NCBI GenBank assembly: GCA_039208735.1
Contig: JBCCQY010000049.1
Location: 1 to 58,285 of the forward strand
Length of the DNA: 58,285 nt
From: Myxococcota bacterium
GTDB lineage: Bacteria > Myxococcota_A > UBA796 > GCA-2862545
Direction of reading: 5' to 3'
Positions 8,727 to 18,485 of the stretch are shown here, piece after piece. The notes under the pieces are model-generated. The model was not told the DNA's origin, did not search any database, and saw nothing but the letters and a program-made list of their open reading frames with translations. The position numbers and the translations under genes were made by a program. The first letter of the stretch is position 1. Each line of letters starts with the position of its first letter.

Positions 8727-11700
8727 GTGAGCACGCAAGATGAAGTCGGAACGGGGGGCAACTATGAGGTCGTGCGCGACCGGCTGCAGGGGCTCGGCGA
8801 AGCCCTTCGGCAGGCCACCGACGACCTCAACACCCGTCGCCAGGCCACGTTCGGCTCAACCGAGCTGGCCATCCTCGGCCACGAACGCGTTCGCACCGAA
8901 AACCACTGTGTGCCCTGCGACATCGTCCAGGTCGGTGGCGCCCTGCTCTTCGGCTACAACGTCCACCTCGGGCTCAAGCGCAACGCCGTGCCGCAGGACG
9001 TCTTCAGCCTGCAAACCTACGCCCCCGACGCCCCCGAAGGAAGCGGCTTTCATACCGTCACCGACCACCGGCACGCCCAGTTCCTCGCCGATCGGGGCTT
9101 CGCCCGCGAATTCGAAGAACTGTACCAGTACTACAAAGATGCGCGGCTCATTCAACTGCGCGTCACCGAAACCAAGCTCCTCGCGATTTTCCAGACCGGT
9201 GCCACCGCTCGCGATGTCAAAGTCCTGCGGTGGGCCGTCGACCCCGATGGGTCGGTCACCTACCTCGACAACCGCGGAGAGCGGGACCACGTCTTTCCGC
9301 CGACCCATGACTTTGCGTGGACGCCCACCACCCGGGCCGACCACGTCTTAGGCCGCCACCCCCACGTCAACGTGCTCGACACGGTCTTTGTCGAGACCAT
9401 TGGCGGTGACCTCACCGTCAAGGTCGATGACAATACCGACGATGGACGGGGGATTTTCTCGGAGCCCGTCGACGACCCCGACCAGTCGCTCGACGACGCC
9501 GAGATCCACTACGCCAAGCTCGGCCAGCTGGTGCTCCTGAAGGTTCGTCCCTTCCGCGAGACGGCATGGCGGTACCTCGTCTTCAACATCAATACGCGCA
9601 CCGTCTTGCGCATCGATGCCATCGGCCAAAGCTGCGTACAGCTCCCTGAAGACCACGGCATCTTGTTCCCAGGGGGGACGTACCTCCGCACCGGCGAGGT
9701 GAAGGTCTTCGACGACGGGCTCGAAGAGCTCGAATTCGTCCGGTCGATCCAGGCGCCGAACGGCGAAGATCTGCTCTACGTCTTTCACCGCCGACGAGAC
9801 GGCCTGTATGCGTTGTACCCCTACAATGTGGTCCGCAAGGAGGTCACCAACCCAATTACGGCCCATGGCTACTCGCTGTTCGACGATGGGACGCTCATCG
9901 TCTTCCGGGCCGACGGGGAGCCCACCCGGGTGCATCCCGTACAGATTTGGCGCACCCCCTTTGTGAGCGCCGAAGTCCACGAGGCCACGCCATCCGATGG
10001 GTCGTTGCTGGGACGCATCGGCAACCGGGACCTCGTGCGCGGGATCAGCGAGGCGTACACGCTGTGCCGCATGGTCGCGAACCAAGAGCCGACGCGGGCC
10101 ATGTACGAAGAACTCGTGCGCGCCTGCACCCGGTTTGTGGATGGCACCTACTGGTCCTCCGAGGCGGAGGTCGGCGACCTGGCCGGTCACGCGGATGCCA
10201 TTCGGGGCACCGCTGAACTGGTCATCGACGAGTTCGAGAAGGTCCAAATCCTCAAGCAGCGCGCCGAACAGGTCATGGCCGAGGCCCAACGCGACCATGA
10301 CGCCTTGCTTGCGAGCATCCGACCGCACGCCTTCGACGCCGTCGAATCGTTCCTTGGGGCCATGACCGAGCTGCGGGCGCATCGAGGCCGGCTCATCACG
10401 CTGCGCGACGTCCGCTACGTCGATGTAGGACGGATCGATGCCCTCGAAACCGCCACCGTCGAGGCCTTCGACCGCACCACCGAAGCAACGGTCGCTTTCT
10501 TACTCGGTGACGATGCGTTGGCCCCGTTGCGGCAACGGCTCGATGCGCTTCTCGAGCAGGCGGGAACCCTCAAGAAGACCGCGGACTTCGAACCGCTGCT
10601 TGCGACCCTCGATGAGGTTGGGGAGGGCGTGCAGCTGCTAGCCGAGGTCACCGCCCAACTGGACGTGGCGGATGCCACAGAAAAGACTCGATTGCTCGAT
10701 GGCATCAGTGAGGTCGTCGCCCACGGCAACCGCACCCGCGCCGTGGTGGAGCAAGCCCGGGCCCGGCTGCGTAGCTCGGAAGACCAGGCCGAGTTTGCGG
10801 CACAGTTCCGCCTTTTCGGACAATCCGTACAGTCCGCGCTTGCCCTCTGCGACACGCCAGAAACGTGCGATGAACAGCTGTCTCGCATGTTGCTCCAGCT
10901 CGAGGAACTCGAGGCCCGGTTCGGAGAGGACGAGGGATTCCTCGAAAAGCTCGGCGAAAAGCGTGAAGAGGTCTACGACGCCCTCACCGCACGAAAGCAG
11001 GGGCTCCTCGACGCGCGGCAACGGCGGGTCGGGCAATTGGTGGCATCAGCCGACCGCATCCTCGGCGGTGTGCAACGGCGCGCGACCACATTCGACAGCG
11101 AAGAGGCCCTCCAAAGCTGGTTCGCTGCGGATTCGATGGTCGCGAAGCTGCGTCAGATCGCGGCTCAACTCGTCGAACTCGGCGACACGGTCAAGGCCGA
11201 CGAGGTCGAAAGCAAGCTGTTGCGCGCCCGTCAGGACGCCCTGCGAGCCCTTCGCGATCAGATCGATTTGTTCGACGCTGACGACCTCATTCGGCTCGGC
11301 AAACATCGCTTTACGGTGAACCGTCAACCCCTCCAACTCACGTTGGTTCCCCACCCCACCGATGCGGGCGACCCAGGGCTGGCGCTGCACCTCAACGGCA
11401 CCGACTTTACCGAGCCCGTCGACGACCCCGCATTTGCGACGACCCAGCCCTATTGGGACCAGGTCGTGGTCTCGGAGGACCCGGCGACCTACCGGGCGGA
11501 GTACCTCGCCGCGTGCATGCTCCACGACGGACTCGTGCCCCACGAACCGGTCCTCGACCAAGTTCGGGACTACGCCGCCAATCGATACGACGAAGGCTAC
11601 GACCGAGGCGTGCACGACCACGACGCCGCCAAGGTGTTCAGCGCGCTGCATACGCTCGTGCAAACCGCGGGACGTCTGCGCTTCAGCGCCCACGCCCGTG

Positions 11701-13676
11701 CGCTGGCCACCCTGTTCTGGGCGTTTGGTCGGCCTGCCGACGCCGATGTGTGGCGTGCCGAAGCGCGAAGCCTGGCCCGCTTGCGAGAGGCGTTTGGCCC
11801 TACGGAGCGGCACACCACGCTCCTCGCCGAATGGCGGGGCCACCTCGACGCCTTTTGCGACACCGCAGGCTTCGGGCTGGGCCCGCATCTTGACGCAGCT
11901 CCCTACCTGTTTGAGGAACTCGCCAGGGATGAACTCCGCTTCGCGTTCCGCCACGATGCCTCCGACCTCAACGAGCGGTTCACCCGCTGGCTTGAGGACC
12001 ATGGCGGACAACACGCGTTCGACGATGCATTGCAGCCGTTAGGCGATGAGGTAGCCAGGCGGTACGCGGTTACCTCCGCATGGATGCGGGCCTTTGCGAG
12101 CGCCCATGAGGTCGAGCCAACCCTCGCCCTCGAAGCCGCGACGTTGCGCGTCCTCGGAGCACGCCTGGACGTGCATGTGGCCGGCACCTCCGGACACACC
12201 GTCGTCGAAGGCCTGCTCGGTCGTCACCGCCGCGTTCAAGACGGGCGCCTTGACCTTCAACTCGACGCCTTCCTGGACCGCCTAAGACGATTTCGCACCG
12301 AGCGAGTGCCTGGTTACCGCGCCTATCGCGAGGCCCGTCAGGCGTTGCTCGAACGGGAGCGACGGCGGCTCCGTCTCGACGAATTCGAGCCCAAGGTGAT
12401 GAGCGCGTTTGTACGGAATCGGCTCGTCAACGAGGTGTACCTGCCTCTCGTCGGCGACAACCTCGCCAAACAGATCGGCGCCGCGGGGGGGCACAAGCGC
12501 ACCGATCTGATGGGTCTGCTGCTGCTCGTCAGCCCGCCGGGGTACGGCAAGACGACCCTCATGGAGTACGTCGCGAGTCGCCTCGGCCTCACCTTCGTCA
12601 AGGTCAACGGACCCGCGTTGGGGCACGACGTCACGTCGCTCGATCCCTCGGAAGCGCCCAACGCCACTGCCCGACAGGAAGTCGACAAGATCAACCTTGC
12701 CCTCGAAATGGGTAACAACGTGCTGCTCTACCTCGACGACATCCAACACTGTCACCCAGAGTTGCTGCAGAAGTTCATCAGCCTATGCGATGCCCAGCGG
12801 CGCATCGAAGGGGTGTGGCGAGCGCGCACGCAGACCTACGACTTGCGGGGCAAGAAGTTCGCCGTGGTGATGGCGGGTAACCCTTACACCGAGTCCGGCG
12901 ACCGCTTCCAAATTCCCGATATGCTCGCGAACCGAGCCGATACGTACAATCTCGGCGACGTTTTGTCGGGCCGCGAAACGGTGTTCGCCATGTCGTTCAT
13001 CGAAAATGCCCTGACCTCCAATGCGACCCTCGCGCCCCTGGCCAGCCGGTCCATGGACGATGTTTATGCGCTCATGCGGCGGGCTCGCGGTGAGCCCGTG
13101 GCCGACTCGGAGCTGTCCCACGAATACTCGGCCGTTGAACTCGAGGAAATTACTTGGGTGCTACGTCATCTCTTCCGATGCCGAGACGTCTTGCTTTCCG
13201 TGAATGCCGAATACGTCCGGTCCGCGGCCATGGAAGATGCCTACCGCACCGAGCCACGGTTCCAGCTTCAAGGCAGCTACCGAAACATGAACAAGCTCGC
13301 CGAGAAGATTGTCGCGGTGATGACCGACGAGGAAGTCGAAGCGTTGATCACCGACCACTACACGAGCGAAGCGCAAACGCTGACCACAGGTGCCGAGGCG
13401 AATCTGCTGAAGCTCGGGGCCTTGCGGGGCACCCTCGACGCAACCCAGCAAGCCCGCTGGGAAGCGATCCGAACCGAATTCCAAAGGCAGAAGCTGGTCG
13501 GAGGCAGCGATGCCGACCCGGCAACCCGCATCGGAGGCGTGTTGTCGCAACTGGTTGCAGAGCTGCGGGCGTTGCGGACCGAACTCACGGAGCGGCTTCC
13601 CGTTGACCAGCACGAGGACTTCGTCGAGCGCCTGGAGCAGGAAGTGAGGCGGGCTGTCGGCGACGGGACGGGCTAA
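8727..13676 (+). CDS. Large AAA-type ATPase (DUF3686 / so-called DNA repair ATPase family)
   Basis: GTG 8727 after GAGGAG; Walker A SPPGYGKT, Walker B LYLDD, AGNPY and MLANRAD motifs; beta-rich N-terminus, helical middle. Confidence 0.88.
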   Translation: MSTQDEVGTGGNYEVVRDRLQGLGEALRQATDDLNTRRQATFGSTELAILGHERVRTENHCVPCDIVQVGGALLFGYNVHLGLKRNAVPQDVFSLQTYAPDAPEGSGFHTVTDHRHAQFLADRGFAREFEELYQYYKDARLIQLRVTETKLLAIFQTGATARDVKVLRWAVDPDGSVTYLDNRGERDHVFPPTHDFAWTPTTRADHVLGRHPHVNVLDTVFVETIGGDLTVKVDDNTDDGRGIFSEPVDDPDQSLDDAEIHYAKLGQLVLLKVRPFRETAWRYLVFNINTRTVLRIDAIGQSCVQLPEDHGILFPGGTYLRTGEVKVFDDGLEELEFVRSIQAPNGEDLLYVFHRRRDGLYALYPYNVVRKEVTNPITAHGYSLFDDGTLIVFRADGEPTRVHPVQIWRTPFVSAEVHEATPSDGSLLGRIGNRDLVRGISEAYTLCRMVANQEPTRAMYEELVRACTRFVDGTYWSSEAEVGDLAGHADAIRGTAELVIDEFEKVQILKQRAEQVMAEAQRDHDALLASIRPHAFDAVESFLGAMTELRAHRGRLITLRDVRYVDVGRIDALETATVEAFDRTTEATVAFLLGDDALAPLRQRLDALLEQAGTLKKTADFEPLLATLDEVGEGVQLLAEVTAQLDVADATEKTRLLDGISEVVAHGNRTRAVVEQARARLRSSEDQAEFAAQFRLFGQSVQSALALCDTPETCDEQLSRMLLQLEELEARFGEDEGFLEKLGEKREEVYDALTARKQGLLDARQRRVGQLVASADRILGGVQRRATTFDSEEALQSWFAADSMVAKLRQIAAQLVELGDTVKADEVESKLLRARQDALRALRDQIDLFDADDLIRLGKHRFTVNRQPLQLTLVPHPTDAGDPGLALHLNGTDFTEPVDDPAFATTQPYWDQVVVSEDPATYRAEYLAACMLHDGLVPHEPVLDQVRDYAANRYDEGYDRGVHDHDAAKVFSALHTLVQTAGRLRFSAHARALATLFWAFGRPADADVWRAEARSLARLREAFGPTERHTTLLAEWRGHLDAFCDTAGFGLGPHLDAAPYLFEELARDELRFAFRHDASDLNERFTRWLEDHGGQHAFDDALQPLGDEVARRYAVTSAWMRAFASAHEVEPTLALEAATLRVLGARLDVHVAGTSGHTVVEGLLGRHRRVQDGRLDLQLDAFLDRLRRFRTERVPGYRAYREARQALLERERRRLRLDEFEPKVMSAFVRNRLVNEVYLPLVGDNLAKQIGAAGGHKRTDLMGLLLLVSPPGYGKTTLMEYVASRLGLTFVKVNGPALGHDVTSLDPSEAPNATARQEVDKINLALEMGNNVLLYLDDIQHCHPELLQKFISLCDAQRRIEGVWRARTQTYDLRGKKFAVVMAGNPYTESGDRFQIPDMLANRADTYNLGDVLSGRETVFAMSFIENALTSNATLAPLASRSMDDVYALMRRARGEPVADSELSHEYSAVELEEITWVLRHLFRCRDVLLSVNAEYVRSAAMEDAYRTEPRFQLQGSYRNMNKLAEKIVAVMTDEEVEALITDHYTSEAQTLTTGAEANLLKLGALRGTLDATQQARWEAIRTEFQRQKLVGGSDADPATRIGGVLSQLVAELRALRTELTERLPVDQHEDFVERLEQEVRRAVGDGTG

Positions 13677-13719
13677 TGGCTCCGGTCCGCCGCGGGAGGG
13701 TGGCGGGTCGGAGGAGAGC

Positions 13720-14337
13720 ATGCCAAAGTGGGCGATCGACGCGATCGCGGCCATTGCGGGTATCGCGGTGGGCGTGGGCCTCGCGATGACGGCGGGGCCT
13801 GCCGGTGAGGATTGTCGTGAGGAATTCGCGGCACGAATGACCGATCACACCGCCCTGAACGAGCAGGTGGCGCAGGTTGAGGCCGAGACTGAGCGCCTGC
13901 GCGGGCAGCTCGTCGCACGCGAGGGGGAAGTCCTCGATTGGCCCGAGAACGCAGGCGAAGCAGAAGCGCCCGAGCAGTTCGAGGGGCATCTCGCCTCCGC
14001 CGTCGAAGCAGCGGGCGCCGAGAAGATGAACCTCGACTGTAGCGAATACCCCTGTCTCGCCACGGTGCGGTTCGGCGAAGGCGTCGACGGCGACAAGGGC
14101 CTCGACAAGGTCACGGGCTCACTCAAGAAGGGGCCATTCGCAGGCTACGATGTGCTTTCCGGAGGAACCGCGCTCGCCGACCCGTTCCCCAACGGTCCCG
14201 AGCGAGCCATTCGCATCTTCGCTGTGGTGCCAGTTGAAGGCCAACGCCCCAAGGGCACATCGCAGCGTTTGAGCTTCCGCATCAACTCCGCGGTGCGTGA
14301 TGTGCTGCAGAAAGGCATGAACGGAGGTGCCCAGTGA
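13720..14337 (+). CDS. Hypothetical membrane-anchored protein (TM, coiled coil, LDCSEYPC domain)
   Basis: GGAGGAGAG RBS; typical codon usage; paralogous to the next gene. Confidence 0.8.
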   Translation: MPKWAIDAIAAIAGIAVGVGLAMTAGPAGEDCREEFAARMTDHTALNEQVAQVEAETERLRGQLVAREGEVLDWPENAGEAEAPEQFEGHLASAVEAAGAEKMNLDCSEYPCLATVRFGEGVDGDKGLDKVTGSLKKGPFAGYDVLSGGTALADPFPNGPERAIRIFAVVPVEGQRPKGTSQRLSFRINSAVRDVLQKGMNGGAQ

Positions 14338-14987
14338 TTCGTCCGCTCATCATTGCCGTTGTGGGCGTGCTCGTGGGGGGAGGGATGGCGCTCGCCTTCG
14401 GCGCAGTGCGGCCCCCCGACCCGGCGGCCGCCGAGTCGTGCGCCAAGCTCGACGAATTGGAAGCGGCCATGGTCGAAACCCAGGCCGATCTGGACACCAA
14501 GCAGGCCGCGCTGGCCGAACTCGGTGACGACGCCGCCGCCTCGGTGGGCCGGCCCAAGCCTTGGGGAGCCGACGCCCCTGACGCAAAGGCGGTACAGGCC
14601 GAACTCGAAGGCGCGATGGGCGGCTTTGGGGGACAGGTCCTCACGGTGGATTGCAGCGAAGATCCTTGTGTGTACGCCGCGATCTTCATGGGTCCCGATG
14701 CCGATGCTGCGGGCTACCTCGCCAAGGCCGGCCAGCAGGGACACTCCGACCAGCGCACCCTATCGGGGCGCAACGCCGAGAAGGTGCCCCATCAGGTCGT
14801 CGTTCGTACGATGAACGGACCGACGGGCAAGGGCGGCGAGCCGGACCAGCGCATCACCTTCCGCATGTCGGAGGCGTTCAATGCAGGCCTCGCTCGCATC
14901 ACCTTCGACCCTCTCGATGAGGCCAAACCCGAACTGGGATGGAAGCTCGAGGCCGCCGAAGAAGAAGCCCCACCGTCCGAGGACTGA
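14334..14987 (+). CDS. Hypothetical membrane-anchored protein (TM, coiled coil, VDCSEDPC domain)
   Basis: GTGA overlap with the previous gene; same architecture; QRITFR versus QRLSFR. Confidence 0.8.
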   Translation: MIRPLIIAVVGVLVGGGMALAFGAVRPPDPAAAESCAKLDELEAAMVETQADLDTKQAALAELGDDAAASVGRPKPWGADAPDAKAVQAELEGAMGGFGGQVLTVDCSEDPCVYAAIFMGPDADAAGYLAKAGQQGHSDQRTLSGRNAEKVPHQVVVRTMNGPTGKGGEPDQRITFRMSEAFNAGLARITFDPLDEAKPELGWKLEAAEEEAPPSED

Positions 14988-15011
14988 CGTCCATTCAATA
15001 CGGGCCGGGGC

Positions 15012-15599
15012 ATGGACCAAGAATCCGCAGCCCTCGGCCTGCTCCACACGGCCCGTCGCTTCGTCGAACTTCGCCACACCTGGGTGGCCCACGTGGAAGC
15101 GGTGCTGGGGTGGTCGCTGTATGCGTACTGGATCCACCCCGGTGAAGGCCGACGAAGAAGGACCTTTCCTCGCGCCGTTGGATGGACCCTTCGCTTTCAC
15201 GGACTCGAATGTGATCTCGCCCACGACGACGGGCGGTTCATGCGGGTCGACTTCGGACCCAACGATCACCCTGGCACCTTCTCGTACTACGGGCTGTCGC
15301 TCTTTTTGGAAAGCTCCTGGCGCGACCATGACCCCCTTCGGGACTGGCTACGCAAACACGAATACGAGTCCGGCGCCATTCATCGTTTGGGTGACCTGCA
15401 CTACGCGCGAGGCTGGGTCGAACCCTCGGACGTCGAACTGGACCGTCGGAACCAGGAGGGCGTTCCCGACGATCGCCCCCATGATGACCCAATGGCACGG
15501 ATGCTCGCGGGCCGGCCGAGCCTCTCCGCCAAAGGACTCGCGGTCCTCGAGGCGTCTGGGCTGTACGATCTGCCCAGCAGGCCACTCACCGGGGCGTGA
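15012..15599 (+). CDS. Hypothetical protein, DUF6896-like
   Basis: WTLRFHGLEC...GRFMRVDFGP resembles the family's W-x3-FHG-x2-C...DFG motif. Confidence 0.6.
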   Translation: MDQESAALGLLHTARRFVELRHTWVAHVEAVLGWSLYAYWIHPGEGRRRRTFPRAVGWTLRFHGLECDLAHDDGRFMRVDFGPNDHPGTFSYYGLSLFLESSWRDHDPLRDWLRKHEYESGAIHRLGDLHYARGWVEPSDVELDRRNQEGVPDDRPHDDPMARMLAGRPSLSAKGLAVLEASGLYDLPSRPLTGA

Positions 15600-15678
15600 G
15601 CTTGGAGCCACCGGCTCCTGACCTCTCTGGTTGCCTCTTCGGCGAATGTCAGGCATGCTTCGGCGGCAGGGAGTTCGC

Positions 15679-16517
15679 ATGCCGCTCATGCTTCGAAGCC
15701 TTTGGGTCGTCGGAACCGTTGGTTGTGCCGCAGGGGTTTCCCCAGAGAACGTGCGTTTGCGCGGAGCGAGTTCCGCGCAAGACGCTGCCGTGCGCAACGA
15801 AATCGCCGATTTCGAAGCCTGGACGGGCGGCGATCGCATTCGGCTGCGCAGCATCGAGTTTGTCGACCTCGGCGACGAGCAAGCAAGCTACTACGAGTCA
15901 GCCACAACCTCACGCCACTCGCGGCGCAGCTCCTCGTGTCGGAGTGCGGAGCCCCCGAGGATGCACTGTACGCGGACCTCGCGGCGTGGATGATGGACAC
16001 GGTGTGGACCCACGCCGAGCCCGTGACCGCTCGGGCCCTGGGACCTGCGGTGGTGCTTTCTTCACCGCCTCCGCCGTCTGGCCCTTGGACGAACGCCCAC
16101 ATCGAAGGCACGGATGTCGAGGGTCTGATCCATGTCGAGCTGTCGAATGGTACTGATTCGGACTGGCAAACCATCGTTCGAGAGACCGGGGAGCGGGTCC
16201 TTGAGCGCGCGCAAACCGTCTCCGTGCCTGAACTCGACGACATCCCAGGAGGCCTGGCCCCCACCGGATGGCTGGAACCTCGAGGTGACGAGGACGTGCC
16301 GTTCGCGATTTGGCGGCTCGGCATCCTTGGCCAACCGGCGCCCACTCCCCGGTTGATTCACTACGACGCGGACGCCGTGACGTGGCGACCACTCGACGAT
16401 GGCTGCCGTGAAGATGCAGCAGGCCGAACGCGCTCCCTCTTCGTGTCCGACGACGAACTTTGGGTGGGTGATGTGGTGGACCATCAGGTGCGATGGTCAC
16501 CGGTCGTGAATCCGTAG
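15679..16517 (+). pseudogene. Frameshifted lipoprotein-like gene (or sequence error)
   Basis: RBS, ATG 15679 and signal ending TVGC; coding-like frame switches by -1 near 15900-15910 into the 15702..16517 ORF frame. Confidence 0.55.
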
Positions 16518-16640
16518 CCACCGCGACAGGTCGCGATCCCTCCTTCGTTGGGACGCCTTCATCGGCATCACGTCCTCCTCTTGCGCCTCCGTTCACACGA
16601 GCTGGGCTCTGGCATCTGGCATAGTGAGCCCCCGGAGGCA

Positions 16641-18467
16641 ATGGGGATGACAGGACAGGCGGGCGCCGGCGCGTTCCCTTCGGATGAAGCACTACCCTTC
16701 GTTCGCGCGGATTCCCTTGGGCGAAGCATTCGCTTTCTTGACCGACTGGGAAGTGGCGCCTTCGGAGAGGTGTACAAGGCCCAGATCGAAAGCGGTCACG
16801 GCCTATGGCCCACCGTTGCCGTCAAGCTGCTAAAGCCTGAACAGCGTCCCGAGAGCCAGTCGGTTGAGCGCATGTGGGACGAAGCCGCTTCGCTCGCAAG
16901 TCTGCAGCATCCGGTCATCCTCGCCATGCGGGAACTGATCGAGGTCGATGGTCGATTGGGCCTTGTCACCGAGTTCGTCGACGGCATCGATCTGTCGAAG
17001 GCGCTTCGACCTCCCTCACGCAGCACCCCACCGATTCCACTGGAATTGCTGGTGCACGTGGTCGGCCAAGTCGCGGACGCGTTGCATGTGGTGGCACAGA
17101 ACGAACTCGTCCATCGGGACATCAAGCCCTCGAACATTCGAATTGGCGTGCACGGAACGGTCAAACTGCTCGACTTTGGCATCGCCCGCCCCAAAGGCGG
17201 ACAACGCATGGCCGAGACTCGGAAGGGCTGGGTGGTGGGTACCCCCGCCTACCTGGCCCCAGAACGCCTCCGCGACATGGTCGGACCCGAATGCGATGTG
17301 TTCGCGCTAGGTCTCATCCTGTTCCAGGCCGCGGCAGGCCGTCCACTCAACGAAGACTTCAGCGAGGAACGCTGGTATCGGTCACTGGCCTCCCAGCCCT
17401 TGTGGGAGGAGGTGATTCGCGAGGGGCTGTCCGACCTTCCCGCCGATAAGGTGCGACCCGAGCTGATCGAGTTGATCGAACAGGCCACTGACTTTGACCC
17501 CCAACGCCGCCCCACCGCGTTGGAAGTTGCTCAGGTTTGTGGCGCCGACACGGCGTTTCACCGATGGTGCCGGAAGACCCTTAAGGGGGTCTCCCATCAG
17601 ACCTACTGGCACCCTCGACGTGGCGAATTGGCCAGCCACTCCTCCATATCGAAGCCACCGTCGACCCTGCCGCCCACCGCACCTGCAACCCCTCCGACCC
17701 ATGCCCCCGTGAACTCGAAGACCATCCCGATTCGCCGGGAACTGATCGCGGTGGCGGCCCTCGCGTTGTTCGTGCTGTTCGTTGGGGCCACCCTCACGGT
17801 GGCGGGGGTGGCATATTGGATGTGGCCTCCATCGTCGGAGCCCTTGCTGCCTCCGCCTACGGTGGCCAAGGAAGCCACACTCTCGATCGATGCTCCACCA
17901 CGAATCCGGGCCGGACAGTCCTTCACCGTCGACGTGCAGGGTTCCCTTTCGCCCGCCGAGGAAGAACTTTCGCTGCGCATCCTTCAGGGTACCGAAGAGG
18001 TCCACGCCGAAACGGTCGTCGTGACGCCCAGGGCTTCGTCGCTGGTTTCGAAGCGGCTGACCTTGTCGCAACCGGGGTCGCAAGCCCTGACCGTCAAACT
18101 CAAGACGCTCGACGGGAAGCTCCTCGCGTCCCAAACGCATGTCGTTGAGGTCACAGCCAAACCTAAGGTTCTTCTCAACAACTCAACGCAACGAAGGAGC
18201 GACCCACCCCCGCCGGTGGTTCCGGCTCCGCCAGCGACGCCACAGCACACCGTGACGCTTCGCGGAAACGGTATCGAGTGGTTCAAACTCGCCACCAAGA
18301 ACAAATCCTGGCCAATCCAGCCGGGCGGGAGCCTGTCGGTGCCCGAAGGGGAATATCGAATCGACGTCCGATTCATCGACCAACCCATCCAGTCGTTTGG
18401 CCCGGTTCGTGTCGAAGGCGACGTGAGTGTGCAGTGCGACAGGGACGTCGGAATCTGCGAATTCTAA
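16641..18467 (+). CDS. Membrane-anchored Ser/Thr protein kinase
   Basis: GSGAFG, VAVK, HRDIKPSN, DFG, GTPAYLAPE; Pro-rich linker, TM helix, beta-rich extracytoplasmic region; ATG 16641 after GGAGG. Confidence 0.93.
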   Translation: MGMTGQAGAGAFPSDEALPFVRADSLGRSIRFLDRLGSGAFGEVYKAQIESGHGLWPTVAVKLLKPEQRPESQSVERMWDEAASLASLQHPVILAMRELIEVDGRLGLVTEFVDGIDLSKALRPPSRSTPPIPLELLVHVVGQVADALHVVAQNELVHRDIKPSNIRIGVHGTVKLLDFGIARPKGGQRMAETRKGWVVGTPAYLAPERLRDMVGPECDVFALGLILFQAAAGRPLNEDFSEERWYRSLASQPLWEEVIREGLSDLPADKVRPELIELIEQATDFDPQRRPTALEVAQVCGADTAFHRWCRKTLKGVSHQTYWHPRRGELASHSSISKPPSTLPPTAPATPPTHAPVNSKTIPIRRELIAVAALALFVLFVGATLTVAGVAYWMWPPSSEPLLPPPTVAKEATLSIDAPPRIRAGQSFTVDVQGSLSPAEEELSLRILQGTEEVHAETVVVTPRASSLVSKRLTLSQPGSQALTVKLKTLDGKLLASQTHVVEVTAKPKVLLNNSTQRRSDPPPPVVPAPPATPQHTVTLRGNGIEWFKLATKNKSWPIQPGGSLSVPEGEYRIDVRFIDQPIQSFGPVRVEGDVSVQCDRDVGICEF

Positions 18468-18485
18468 GCTTTTGTTGGGGAAAGC

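Noticed and set aside
6437..8761. 774-aa minus-strand ORF; similar long antisense ORFs at 1118-2860, 24992-26851 and 42077-43426
   Set aside because: Shadow frames of well-supported genes, expected from high-GC codon bias; no motifs
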